Source: Fidelibacterota bacterium (lineage in GTDB: Bacteria; Fidelibacterota; Fidelibacteria; Fidelibacterales; DSDE01). Taken from it: a DNA stretch of 64,000 bases. The stretch covers positions 1-64,000 of the forward strand of contig JBJKQR010000036.1 in the NCBI GenBank assembly GCA_046735395.1, written 5' to 3'. Both the position numbers and the translations under genes were made by a program. Positions 37,924 through 48,288 of this stretch are shown here, in pieces (position 1 is the stretch's first letter; every line of letters starts with the position of its first letter). The notes under the pieces were generated by a model that did no database searches, was not told the DNA's origin, and saw nothing but the letters and a program-made list of their open reading frames with translations.

Positions 37924-40761
37924 ATAAAAAAAATACTCCTGTACATTCTGCTGTTACCCCTCTGCCTCACCGCGAAACTATCCGTGACGGTGGAGCGGCA
38001 GGATGCAGGCAGCACGCCGCAGATCATTGTAAATGGCGAAGCGGTCCGTCCCCGCATGTTCTGGGGAGCGAGCCGCAGCCGCGATGTGGAGATCAGCGAA
38101 AACTGGTCCGATATTGATTTTGATGTGTCGGTGCTCTTCGATGCCCATTCCACTCTGCACTTCCGATTCGGCGCCATTCCCGGAGAGGTGTGGCTGAAGG
38201 ATCTGCGGGTCACGGACAGCGAAAGCGGCGAACCCGTTTTTCCGGAGAACACCTTTATGAATCAGGCCTCCTTCAGCAGCAACTGGAATGTCTATCCTCC
38301 CGGTGACCAGAATACGGTCGGAAGCCTGGAATTCATCGATTCCTGCCTTCACGTCACCCTCACAGATCCGCCTACGGGCAGCTGGCCGGATTTTCATATC
38401 TACAGTGATTATATTCCCATTCCCGTCGGAAAAACCTATCATTATTCCTGCAGGGCCAGAGCCTCCTCGGCCCGAAACATCAAACCGGCCGTGTACCACG
38501 TAAATAACGGCTGGACCTATATCGGCGGGCCTCCATCAAATTTTGAGGAACAGATAAAAATGGCTGCAGCTGTGGGCGTGAATTTCATCACCTTCAATGT
38601 ATCCAACTGCTGGCTGCCTCCCGAAGACGCGGAGGACTGGACGCCCCTCGACTTTGCCTGCCAGACCGTGATCAGCTGCAACCCGAATGCCCTGCTGATT
38701 CCCCGCGTCAGCCTGGATGCCCCGACCTGGTGGCTGCAGCGGAATCCGGATGCGGCGATGGTATATGAAGACGGAAGCACGGGAAGCATGGCTTCCATCT
38801 CCGACCGGACATACCGGGAAGAGGCCGCCCGGCATCTGGAAAAGCTCTGCCGGCATCTGGCCGAACAGTTTCCGGACAACCTGGCAGGAGTTCATCCCTG
38901 CGGACAGAATACCGGGGAATGGTTCTATAATCAGTCCAGCGGGGCAAAACTGAGCGGCTATGACGCGGCGACGCTGCAGGCCTGGCAGGATTACAGCGGT
39001 GAGGCCGTCCCTATTCCCACACCGGCGGCCCGGCGGCCGGCAGCGAAACGTCTCCTGCTGGATCCGGCGGAAGACGGGCAGATCATTGCCTTCAATCATT
39101 TTCTTCAGGACGAAATGGCGGATTTTATCATCGAACTCAGCGATGCGGCCCGCAGCGGACTGGGCGATGACAAACTCATCATGTTTTTTTACGGCTACCA
39201 TTATGAACTTGCCGGCCTCTACAACAGTCCGGCCGCAAGCGGACATTACGCCCTGCAGAAGATCCTTGATGCACCGAATATTGATGTGCTCTGCAGCCCC
39301 ATTTCCTACACGGATCGCGGGCCGGGCGAAAGTGGCCCGGACATGAGTTCGGTCGAAAGCGTCCTGAGAGCCGGAAAAATGTGGCTGAATGAAGATGATA
39401 CGCGGACGTACCTGAGTACGAATCAGGCGGATCACGATCGTTACGGCGGCTGTGATACGCAGGAAGAAACGCAGAATGTCCTGCTCCGGAATCTGGCCCA
39501 ATCGGCTCTTCGCGGTTACGGCAGCTGGTGGATGGACCATGGCGCAGGCACCGGCGGCGGATGGTTCGCAGACAGCGGGCTCTGGGACGTCCTGAACCGG
39601 GAAGCCCCGCTTGACCAGACTATGCTGACGCCTTCCCCGCTTTATGAACCGGAAATAGCTGTTGTCCTCGGTGAAAACAGCATGCTGCATGTTTCGGGCG
39701 GATCCGCCACACTCGGGAAATATCTCGTCTATAATTCCCGCAAATATTTCCCGAAGAGCGGAACAGGCTTCGGCCAGTATATGCTTCAGGATCTGGTTCG
39801 AAAGGGATCGGAATCGAAGCTGATCATCTATCTCTCGGCCTGGGCCCTGAGCGCTGACGAACGGGAGGCGCTGATCCGGAACAGAGCAGCCGGAAGCACC
39901 CGTGTCTGGTTTTATGCGCCCGGATATATTGTGGATGACCGGACCGATCCGGCGGGCATGCGGGCCCTGACAGGATTTGAATTCCGGGAAGCAGATCCGA
40001 ATACCGGAATGGCCACCGCGACGGATGCGGGCAGGGCGGCGGGCCTGGCCTCCTCCTGGGGCTTCAGTGACAGGATCCGTCCGCTGTTCACGGTCGATTC
40101 GGCGTCCTGTACGGTTCTGGCCCGCTATGATGACGGGAGCCCCGCCATGGCCGTGACCAAATCCGATTCGGGGCGGGACATCTTTGTCGGTGTCCCCATG
40201 TTCACGGAAGAGCTGATGCGGTCCCTGGTCAGACTCGCCGGTATCACCCCGGTGACCACTGACAGTGTCCTGCTCTGGATATCGCCGGACTATTGCGCTC
40301 TTCACGGCGTCCGGGACGGAGCGGTGTCGCTGGCTTTTGATCCGGATGTCATCGCGGTTCAAGACGCCGTCACCGGGAACACGCTCACGTCAGGCAAGCA
40401 CCTGACCCTGGCCCTGATGAAAAGCGAAACCCGCGTCCTGAAAATGCAGCGAAGCACTTCAGATTCCGGACAGACCATTCCCGCAGAATATCAGCTTCAT
40501 CAGAATTACCCCAATCCCTTCAATACACTCACCCACCTTCGGTACGGACTTCCCGAACTGTCGGATGTTCACATGACAATCTATGATTTGTCGGGCCGGC
40601 GGGTCCGGGAATGGAGTCTGAAGAGTCAGAGCGCCGGCATGCATGATATCATCTGGAACGGGACGAACCAATACGGTGAAGCGGTCGCCTCCGGACTCTA
40701 CATCTGCCGTATGCAGGCCGGAAATTTTGGGGCTGGCCGGAAGATGATATTTCTGAAGTAA
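37924..40761 (+). CDS. Secreted glycoside hydrolase (clan GH-A / GH42-like) with carbohydrate-binding-like insert and T9SS-type CTD; probable ATA start
   Basis: GQNTGEWFY, CSPISY.DR, NEDDTRT; QNYPNPFN; in-frame signal peptide upstream of the GTG at 37984. Confidence 0.8.
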   Translation: MKKILLYILLLPLCLTAKLSVTVERQDAGSTPQIIVNGEAVRPRMFWGASRSRDVEISENWSDIDFDVSVLFDAHSTLHFRFGAIPGEVWLKDLRVTDSESGEPVFPENTFMNQASFSSNWNVYPPGDQNTVGSLEFIDSCLHVTLTDPPTGSWPDFHIYSDYIPIPVGKTYHYSCRARASSARNIKPAVYHVNNGWTYIGGPPSNFEEQIKMAAAVGVNFITFNVSNCWLPPEDAEDWTPLDFACQTVISCNPNALLIPRVSLDAPTWWLQRNPDAAMVYEDGSTGSMASISDRTYREEAARHLEKLCRHLAEQFPDNLAGVHPCGQNTGEWFYNQSSGAKLSGYDAATLQAWQDYSGEAVPIPTPAARRPAAKRLLLDPAEDGQIIAFNHFLQDEMADFIIELSDAARSGLGDDKLIMFFYGYHYELAGLYNSPAASGHYALQKILDAPNIDVLCSPISYTDRGPGESGPDMSSVESVLRAGKMWLNEDDTRTYLSTNQADHDRYGGCDTQEETQNVLLRNLAQSALRGYGSWWMDHGAGTGGGWFADSGLWDVLNREAPLDQTMLTPSPLYEPEIAVVLGENSMLHVSGGSATLGKYLVYNSRKYFPKSGTGFGQYMLQDLVRKGSESKLIIYLSAWALSADEREALIRNRAAGSTRVWFYAPGYIVDDRTDPAGMRALTGFEFREADPNTGMATATDAGRAAGLASSWGFSDRIRPLFTVDSASCTVLARYDDGSPAMAVTKSDSGRDIFVGVPMFTEELMRSLVRLAGITPVTTDSVLLWISPDYCALHGVRDGAVSLAFDPDVIAVQDAVTGNTLTSGKHLTLALMKSETRVLKMQRSTSDSGQTIPAEYQLHQNYPNPFNTLTHLRYGLPELSDVHMTIYDLSGRRVREWSLKSQSAGMHDIIWNGTNQYGEAVASGLYICRMQAGNFGAGRKMIFLK

Positions 40762-40836
40762 CCGGCACGATACGGTGACTCTGTAGTCAGACAGTTCAGC
40801 GATTTTCCTGAAGGTTCGCTCTGCCCGGATCCCGGA

Positions 40837-41592
40837 TCACCATTTTGTATACTGCCGGACCAGGGATTTGGGCTTCCGGCCACTCAAAAAATAGTCTTCG
40901 ATCATTAGGGATTCCCTGAAAATGAAGTGTGCATTTTCTATCTTTTCGTTAACATTAAACACGGCCTTAAATACGAGATCATGCCATCGTTTATTTCTTA
41001 GAAACTTGAATTTCTTCAGAAATTTCGAATAGATGAGACGGCCGAGAAAAAACCGCCAGCGATCCAATTTACGCATCATTGCATCCGCCTGCTTGACGCT
41101 TAATCCGGTCCTGTTCAGCTGCCGGCGCACATCTTCCCGTATCTGAGTCAACAGTTCGGCACTGTGCTCTTTCAGGAACAGATAGACACTGAGCTCCCGG
41201 TCAAAGGCATCGAGAATTCCCGGCATCGCCTGGTCTGTCATTTTACCGTTTTTATAATATGGGACATGCTTGTACATCAAGGCCATCGCCGAAATATAGG
41301 GCGCGTAGATAATCTTTCCCCTGAGTTCCCGGGGTTCAAGCCAATCTGCCGAAACAGATTGGATGGAGCTTTCCTTCCGGACTCTCAATTTATAGGTGAT
41401 GCCCCTGAATGTTGTCAGGATGAACGGACGGTTCGCATCATCACTCTCCTGCTCCAAAAATTTGAAGTTCCAGTCCTCGTCATTTCCGAACAGATGATCA
41501 TAATCGGAATTCAAGGTGTCCTCAGCTTCCAGCCGTGTTGCAGATGGATTTACAAATGTAATCCGCGACAAATTCTTCAATTTTACTGCCAT
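40837..41592 (-). CDS. Hypothetical protein (251 aa)
   Basis: Strong RBS AAGGAGAGG; no recognised motif. Confidence 0.75.
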   Translation of the reverse strand: MAVKLKNLSRITFVNPSATRLEAEDTLNSDYDHLFGNDEDWNFKFLEQESDDANRPFILTTFRGITYKLRVRKESSIQSVSADWLEPRELRGKIIYAPYISAMALMYKHVPYYKNGKMTDQAMPGILDAFDRELSVYLFLKEHSAELLTQIREDVRRQLNRTGLSVKQADAMMRKLDRWRFFLGRLIYSKFLKKFKFLRNKRWHDLVFKAVFNVNEKIENAHFIFRESLMIEDYFLSGRKPKSLVRQYTKW

Positions 41593-42002
41593 TTTACCTC
41601 TCCTTTTTCTGGGTGTAATGACAGAGACCTGCGCTAAAAGCGCACGGAAAACTGGTTATCGATGGAATGGGGTATTCTGTTCATCGATGGTTTAGCACAT
41701 TTTTACCGTGGTTGCAATCATCACAAATCTCCACTGTTCACATTTTTCAAAAAGCGTGCTTCCTTCAAGCACCGGCACGATAATACCAAAATAGGGGGGA
41801 AACTGCAAAGGAAAATTTCTCAGCGAATATCTTTTATGACTAATTGCCGTGAAAATGGTATAAAAAAGTTAACCCGCTAAATTTTGATGTGTGTAAAACT
41901 TTCGCTTTTCGAAAGGCGTATGTTTTACCCGCCGGATCTTGATTTCACGGCCATATTCCTCTATTATGAAGCTGGGGGACACATTCTCCCGAAGGAGGGG
42001 AT

Positions 42003-42698
42003 ATGAAGTATTTACTGACCTTGGTTCTGCTCATAGGCATGATGCTGGGCAGCGGCTGCGCCACTTTCCGCAGTGATGTGACGGGCAGCGATAAAACCTT
42101 CGCTAAACCGGATACAGGACGGGACGCAGCGCAAAAGGGAAATCAGACAGATGTAACAGTCCTGTTTATTTTTTCTCATTACCGGCAGACACTGGGCTAT
42201 GATGCCATCCCCAAGCTCGAAAAGGAATATCAGATCATCCGGGGATTCGATGATTTTTTTCAGGATGCCATGAAGGAGTTCAGCAATGTGGGCACTTACA
42301 CGGCATACACGGTGTTCAGTTCAGATGTCCATGACCCGAAACGCCGGGCCCGGAAGGACAGCCTCATTCACCACAGCGACTATGTGGTCCGGGTGGATAT
42401 CCTCAATCAGGATGTATTCAGCCATCGCATCCTGGCGATTCTGGGTTCCGTTGTCACTGCCACCCTCGCCCCCATGCCTTACACGCATCTCTACCGCATC
42501 ACCGTCACCGTCGAAAATCCGGAGCGACAGCTTTTGGGAACCTACATCCGGGAAGCCCATACCCGTAAATGGGTGGAAGCCCTGCTGATCTTCGCCTATC
42601 CCTTCCACCCGGAAAAACGGAAGGTCGAGGAGCTTTATGTGGAAATGCTCCATGATGCCTTCCGCAGCGTGGAAAAATACCGGAATCTCACGGATTGA
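42003..42698 (+). CDS. Hypothetical lipoprotein
   Basis: AGGAGG RBS; lipobox GSG-C. Confidence 0.8.
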   Translation: MKYLLTLVLLIGMMLGSGCATFRSDVTGSDKTFAKPDTGRDAAQKGNQTDVTVLFIFSHYRQTLGYDAIPKLEKEYQIIRGFDDFFQDAMKEFSNVGTYTAYTVFSSDVHDPKRRARKDSLIHHSDYVVRVDILNQDVFSHRILAILGSVVTATLAPMPYTHLYRITVTVENPERQLLGTYIREAHTRKWVEALLIFAYPFHPEKRKVEELYVEMLHDAFRSVEKYRNLTD

Positions 42699-42699
42699 G

Positions 42700-43460
42700 A
42701 ATGGGGATGCGTATGTGCGTTAAAGCGTAGACGGGTTTGCGGGCTGGCGGGTTGATGCGTTGATGCGTAGATGAGTTGACGCGTAGACGGGTAGACGAGT
42801 AGACAGGGAAGAAACGGAAGCGGTAAAGCGGTAGAGTTGTAGAGTGGTAGAGTTGGGAAGAAACAAGATTTTGCCCTGCTATGGAATATCGCACAAACGG
42901 GCAACTCGATACTCGTTACTCGCTACTGAGCGAAGCGAAACGAAGACGGGCTACTCGATACTCGCGCAGCGAATCAGGTCCGCAAGGCCAGAAGGGCCGG
43001 GACTTTGTACCTCCTCTTTGTTTTGGAGCATAAGAAAAACAGGATTTTAGAGAAGGAGCGTTTATGAATTTTAACAGGGTCGCAGTGCAGCCGTTAAGAA
43101 TCTATTCGGCCTGGCTTTGCAGGCATCGAGAGATTCAGGCGGAACGGAGGCCCTGTCCCTGTTTTTCTTCAGCTCCAGGACTCTCTTTGTTTCTTTCTCT
43201 GGTCAGTCAGAGAAAGAAAGAGGGGACTCATATCGATGTAGCGTTCATGAGGAAGCAAGTTTGCGGGTTTGTTGGTTGGATGGTTGGCGGGCTGGATGGA
43301 GTGTTGCGGTGTTTGTGGGCTGGCGGGTTTGTGCGGAGAAACAGAACCCTGCCTCCTGGCTCCTTGCTCCTTATGCCTTTCAGCTCGCCTGCCGCGTCGA
43401 AGCTTCAGCGGAGACGGGCTACTCGTTACTCGATACTGTCGAAGCGAAACGAAAACGGGC
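42700..43460 (-). repeat. Mosaic repeat region, including inverted copy 2 (43011-43269) of the 93-391 element
   Basis: Reverse complement of modules at 1-391 and 1365-1830. Confidence 0.85.
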
Positions 43461-43631
43461 CTGCCGACATCCGGCCTCTTCTTCCTTGTTCCTGTTTTCG
43501 AAATAATCCTTTTTCACCATTCATATAAACTGTAATTTCCGCCGGATCGAAAATCGGCAATACAGAGTTTGACCGCAATTTTTTATGCCGTGAACCCGGT
43601 TCCGGAATATTTGAAGAGAAAAGGATTTCGA

Positions 43632-44783
43632 ATGAATAAAATGCTGCCGCGCGAACGGATACAGGCTGCCATGGAAGGCCGGAAGACAGACCGGATTCCG
43701 CTCATGTGTCAGATGAGCATCGGCCACATGCTGACCCAGCTGGACGTATCACCGGCTGAATTCTGGTTTGACCGGGAGACCTTTGTCCGGGGTTTGCTGG
43801 ATCTGCGGGATCTTTATGATTTTGACGGGATTCTGGTCAGCCTGCACGGGCATTCTCCCGACTGGCGGCAGGACGTTGAAAAGATTGAAATCCGCGACAG
43901 GATGGAAACGGTAGTCTGGAAAAACGGTGATCTGACCCTCTGCCCGCCCGATGAACTGCCGTATTATAAATACAGGACGCCACGGAAAAAGATTGATCTG
44001 GAAAATCCGGCCGGATTTCAGCTGCCCGAGTCTCTGGATTATATCCCTGTTTCCACGGACCTGCATTTCAGGATCGATCCCGGACATCCGTTTGCAGCCA
44101 TAGAAGACATCATGGCGCAGGCAGGCTCCACCTATTCGGTTCACGGCGAGATTACCTCGCCTCTGGACTATCTGCTGGATCTGGCCGGCTATCAGGAGGC
44201 TCTGCTGGGCCTGATCATGACCCCGGACGCATGTAAAACCATTCTGGCACATTTTACGGAACTGATCATGGATCTGGCCCTGAAAATGGCCGATACGGGC
44301 GTGGATGCCATCAAGGTCTCGTCGCCTTTTGCCGGATCCGGCTTCATTTCCATCGATCATTACCGGGAATTCGTCCTGCCCTATGAGAAACAGATTATTC
44401 AGGCCGTGAGGGCACGCGGAACTCATATCTATCTGCATACCTGCGGAGCCATTGACGACCGGCTGGAAGACATGTTCGACAGCGGTGTGAGCGGCATCGA
44501 ATGTCTGGACCCGCCGCCGCTGGGAAATGTGGAACTGGATCAGGCCTTTCAGCGCATCGGTTCACGTGGATTCATCAAGGGCAACCTGGATTCTGTCCAT
44601 CTCCTGCTGAACCGGGATGTCCCCACCATCCGCGATACGGTCTCGGAGATTTTGCGGAAAAACCGTCAGCAGCCGGGATTCATCCTGAGCACGGCCTGTT
44701 CCATCGCTCCCGGTGTGGAAGCGGAAAAAATACAGGTTCTGCGGGATGTGGTCGAAAAATTTAAGAATCCGGCTCAATCATAA
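43632..44783 (+). CDS. Uroporphyrinogen decarboxylase / MtaA-CmuA-like family protein
   Basis: RERI.AA..G...DRIP, LHTCG, KGNLD, FILSTACSI. Confidence 0.88.
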   Translation: MNKMLPRERIQAAMEGRKTDRIPLMCQMSIGHMLTQLDVSPAEFWFDRETFVRGLLDLRDLYDFDGILVSLHGHSPDWRQDVEKIEIRDRMETVVWKNGDLTLCPPDELPYYKYRTPRKKIDLENPAGFQLPESLDYIPVSTDLHFRIDPGHPFAAIEDIMAQAGSTYSVHGEITSPLDYLLDLAGYQEALLGLIMTPDACKTILAHFTELIMDLALKMADTGVDAIKVSSPFAGSGFISIDHYREFVLPYEKQIIQAVRARGTHIYLHTCGAIDDRLEDMFDSGVSGIECLDPPPLGNVELDQAFQRIGSRGFIKGNLDSVHLLLNRDVPTIRDTVSEILRKNRQQPGFILSTACSIAPGVEAEKIQVLRDVVEKFKNPAQS

Positions 44784-44811
44784 ATACAACCGGGATAGGG
44801 TTTGAATTCCT

Positions 44812-45174
44812 ATGCTGAATGAACGCTCCAAGGTCAGCCAGAACGATGAGAATTCCAGACGGCGCTGGTACTGGAATGACCGTATCGACCTCATTATCTG
44901 GTATGATCTGACAATGAATGACATACAGGGATTTCAGCTGTGTTATCGGCTGGATGAGGAGGAGAAGGCCTTCACATGGAGAGAAGGCGCGGCGCCTCAA
45001 TATACAAAGATCGACGGTGGCGAAACGCTGCCCACAAAATACAAACAATCTCCGATATTGCTTGCAGATGGCCCGGCGGACACCGGACTGTTACTGGAAA
45101 TGTTTCTCCGTGAAAGTCAGAATATAGAGCCTGAGCTTCGGAATTTCATAACATCAAAACTTCAGGAAGCCTGA
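44812..45174 (+). CDS. Hypothetical protein
   Basis: Co-oriented, closely spaced ORF; RRWY..D..DLIIW, GFQLCY. Confidence 0.75.
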   Translation: MLNERSKVSQNDENSRRRWYWNDRIDLIIWYDLTMNDIQGFQLCYRLDEEEKAFTWREGAAPQYTKIDGGETLPTKYKQSPILLADGPADTGLLLEMFLRESQNIEPELRNFITSKLQEA

Positions 45175-45370
45175 TATCTGACCCGTCCCTGTTGGCCGGA
45201 ACCGCCGGTTATGGGTTCCGGAACAGGCTCCCGGGATTTTCATCGGCCTCATTCTGATAACCGGACTTATCCGTTGCGGCTCCAGACCTTGTAAATCGTA
45301 AACAGGCCGCGTATATTTATCCACTGATCCTGAAATGGATGTTAGCAAGCAACTGCAGGAGGGCCACTCG

Positions 45371-46093
45371 ATGTTTTTTTCAGACAAAGTCGGAATTGCA
45401 TTCAAACCCTTCGGCATCCTTCATTTTTCCCTGTTCATCCTGATCATTGCCGGAGTTTTGCTGCTTTATATCTTTCGCGAACAGATCCGCAGCTTCAGAT
45501 ACGAGCGGCGTCTTGCGAAGGGCATGGCGCTCTTTGCGCTGTTCTGGGAATTCTCTCTCTATGCCTGGCATGTAGGCAATGGCCATTACGACTGGGCGGA
45601 GATCCTTCCCATCGGACTCTGCGGCTTTACGCTGTATCTGGGCATGACGGCGCTGTTTTTCCGCAAAAAAGCTGTCTTTGAGATCGGGTACTTCTGGACC
45701 TGGGGGGCTATCGCCAGCGTGCTCTTCCCTGACATCAGCTACTCTCTCGACCGCTTTCGCTTCTACCAGTTCATGATCGGGCACATGTTCTTTTTCATCA
45801 TGTACATGTATATGATCTTCGTCTACCGATGGGTCCCGACCTGGACCTCCTGGCGCCGCAGCGTGCTGGCCTTATCGGCAGTGACCCTGATTCTCATCAT
45901 TCTGAGCAATCTCACACACCGGAATCTGATGTTCATGCTGAACTCGGAGGGCACGCCCCTCTCCATGTTCGAAGGCCACGGCTATGCGCTGTATCTCCTC
46001 GGCGTCATCGGACTGTCGGTCGCGGTGATGGCGGTATGGTATATTCCCTTCGGATTTGTGAATCAGAGAATGAATATACAATCACCTGAATAA
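45371..46093 (+). CDS. Integral membrane protein (YwaF/TIGR02206-like)
   Basis: FGILH, LPIGLC, LFPD, F..GH, N.MFM; AGGAGG RBS. Confidence 0.8.
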   Translation: MFFSDKVGIAFKPFGILHFSLFILIIAGVLLLYIFREQIRSFRYERRLAKGMALFALFWEFSLYAWHVGNGHYDWAEILPIGLCGFTLYLGMTALFFRKKAVFEIGYFWTWGAIASVLFPDISYSLDRFRFYQFMIGHMFFFIMYMYMIFVYRWVPTWTSWRRSVLALSAVTLILIILSNLTHRNLMFMLNSEGTPLSMFEGHGYALYLLGVIGLSVAVMAVWYIPFGFVNQRMNIQSPE

Positions 46094-46157
46094 AAAACAG
46101 AGATATTCCGGAGAGTGAATCCTCTCTGAAAAGAACTAAGCAGATACGAGGGACGAT

Positions 46158-46880
46158 ATGAAAAAGTACAGCATTGCACTGATACTGATTTATTTTTCAC
46201 TTGCTCATGGCCTGGAAATGAGGAAAGGCTGGGGAATAACTGCCGGTACGAGCATGCCAAAACTTGAGCAGGTAAAACACGATGTTGCCGATCAGCTCGT
46301 GGGTGACGAAATCATTGACCTGACCTACATCCCCTTTTCTGCAAATATCGGATTATTCACGGGTATCGAGCTGAACAGGACGCTGGGCCTGTCTGTCAGA
46401 ACTGATATTATCTTTGCAGGAGCCCGGTCTGTGTATTCCGAAAGCATTACAAACGCATCCGACGACTGGAATTATGATGAAATTCACCTTACTTCAAGTG
46501 CGGTGAGTATCCCATTGCGGCTTGATCTGAATTATTTCTTGCCATACAGGATCCGGAATCATCCCCTCTCACTTGGAATGATGGCCGGTATTCAGTACAG
46601 CGAATGGGACGAAAGCCTCATCGGCAAAACCGGCTGGTGGATCTTTGCAGACACGAGCAACCCGGAAAACATTATAAGCTATTCAGGATCTGACACTATT
46701 TATTCTTTCTATCTGGGATATGAAATTGATGAGTCAAAACAGCTAGGGATCGGTTATACTAAATCCTATGCCGAATCCTCCAGATGTACAATCGGTGATG
46801 GAGATGCTTTTGATCTGGCCGGTTACCCCATCGATTTTTCCGGATTCTTCCTCGAACTGAATGTGAAATATTTTTATTGA
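46158..46880 (+). CDS. Exported protein, probable outer-membrane beta-barrel
   Basis: Signal peptide; C-terminal LELNVKYFY beta-signal-like end. Confidence 0.7.
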   Translation: MKKYSIALILIYFSLAHGLEMRKGWGITAGTSMPKLEQVKHDVADQLVGDEIIDLTYIPFSANIGLFTGIELNRTLGLSVRTDIIFAGARSVYSESITNASDDWNYDEIHLTSSAVSIPLRLDLNYFLPYRIRNHPLSLGMMAGIQYSEWDESLIGKTGWWIFADTSNPENIISYSGSDTIYSFYLGYEIDESKQLGIGYTKSYAESSRCTIGDGDAFDLAGYPIDFSGFFLELNVKYFY

Positions 46881-46993
46881 TAACTGAATGGACGCATCGC
46901 TTATCGCCCCCCGGCGGAACAGGTAAAAAAATCCTTTTTCACGAGGGGACGAACTGATTAACTTATTTTAGCAAAGATTTCAGGGGTGAGCCG

Positions 46994-48007
46994 ATGGAAG
47001 ATCAGACCGTCCTTATTGTAGATGACACGCCCATGAACATCGATGTTCTCAGCGGCATCCTTCAGGATAATTATAAGGTAAAAATCGCCATTAATGGAGA
47101 ACTTGCGCTGGAGATCGCCCGGAAGCACAGGCCGGATATCATTCTGCTGGATATCATGATGCCGGGTATGGATGGCTATGAAGTCTGCCGCAGATTGAAA
47201 CAGGATGTGGAGACCGCAAACATTCCTGTTATTTTCATCACCGCAAAGGATCAGGTCGTGGACGAATCCCTTGGTTTCGAGGTCGGAGCTGTGGATTACA
47301 TCACCAAACCCGTCTCGGCCGTCATCGTGAAAGCCCGCATCAGGACACACCTGGCTCTGCACGATCAAGCCCGAGCGCTGGAGAATCTTGTAAGAGAACG
47401 AACCCATGAACTGGAAATTACGCGCCTGGAAATTATCCGCCGTCTGAGTTCCGCCGCCGAATACCGGGATAATGAAACGGGACTGCATATTATCAGAATG
47501 AGCAAAATTTCCGAACTGATCGCCCGGCAGATCGGCCTGGATCCCCAGGAAGCGGAACTTATACTGCAGGCGGCTCCCATGCATGACATCGGCAAAATCG
47601 GCGTACCGGACAATGTCCTGCTCAAACCTGCACGCCTGAATGACGGTGAATTTGAGATCATTAAACAACATTGTGAAAACGGTGTCCGGATAATCGGTGA
47701 CTTCAATTCTCCCATCTTCAATTACGCCCGCGCAGCCGCTCTGAATCATCACGAAAAATTTAACGGTACCGGATATCCGAAAGGACTGGGAGAAGAGGAA
47801 ATTCCGCTCATCGGCCGGATTCTGGCCATTGCCGATGTGTTTGATGCCCTCACCAGCGAACGTCCCTACAAGAAAGCATGGACGGTGGATGACGCAGTGG
47901 AACTCATCATTCGGGAAAAGGGTAAACATTTTGATCCGAAGCTGGTTGACGCCTTCCTCCGTATCCTGCCGCAGGCCCTTAGCATCCGCAGCGAATTCAA
48001 AGATTAA
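46994..48007 (+). CDS. Response regulator with HD-GYP c-di-GMP phosphodiesterase domain (RpfG-like)
   Basis: REC LLDIMMP; HDIGK; HHEKFNGTGYP; RPYK. Confidence 0.95.
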   Translation: MEDQTVLIVDDTPMNIDVLSGILQDNYKVKIAINGELALEIARKHRPDIILLDIMMPGMDGYEVCRRLKQDVETANIPVIFITAKDQVVDESLGFEVGAVDYITKPVSAVIVKARIRTHLALHDQARALENLVRERTHELEITRLEIIRRLSSAAEYRDNETGLHIIRMSKISELIARQIGLDPQEAELILQAAPMHDIGKIGVPDNVLLKPARLNDGEFEIIKQHCENGVRIIGDFNSPIFNYARAAALNHHEKFNGTGYPKGLGEEEIPLIGRILAIADVFDALTSERPYKKAWTVDDAVELIIREKGKHFDPKLVDAFLRILPQALSIRSEFKD

Positions 48008-48288
48008 GCGATAAATCCCGGCGTAAAGTGTTGATCTCATGAAGAAGCCCTCTTGCCTGCAGTATAATTCAGACGTCATCAGAGTTCATGTTCAGCACTT
48101 TTTAACCCTGTTCCTCAAATGTTTTTGTTATAGGCGCGAACATGTTTTAAATTGTTTACAGTAATTTGATATTTTCCTGAAACCCTCTGAAGCGGGAAAT
48201 GGGAATGAGAATAGTCAGAGAGGAATTTTGAATAAATGAAATCAGGTAAATCTGTACACATTTACTATTAATTCCAGGAGTCCCAGAT

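Noticed and set aside
38536..40362. Long antisense ORFs (608 aa here; also 12246-13448, 23256-24203, 46958-48079, 52538-54082)
   Set aside because: Shadow frames opposite well-supported genes, with no motifs
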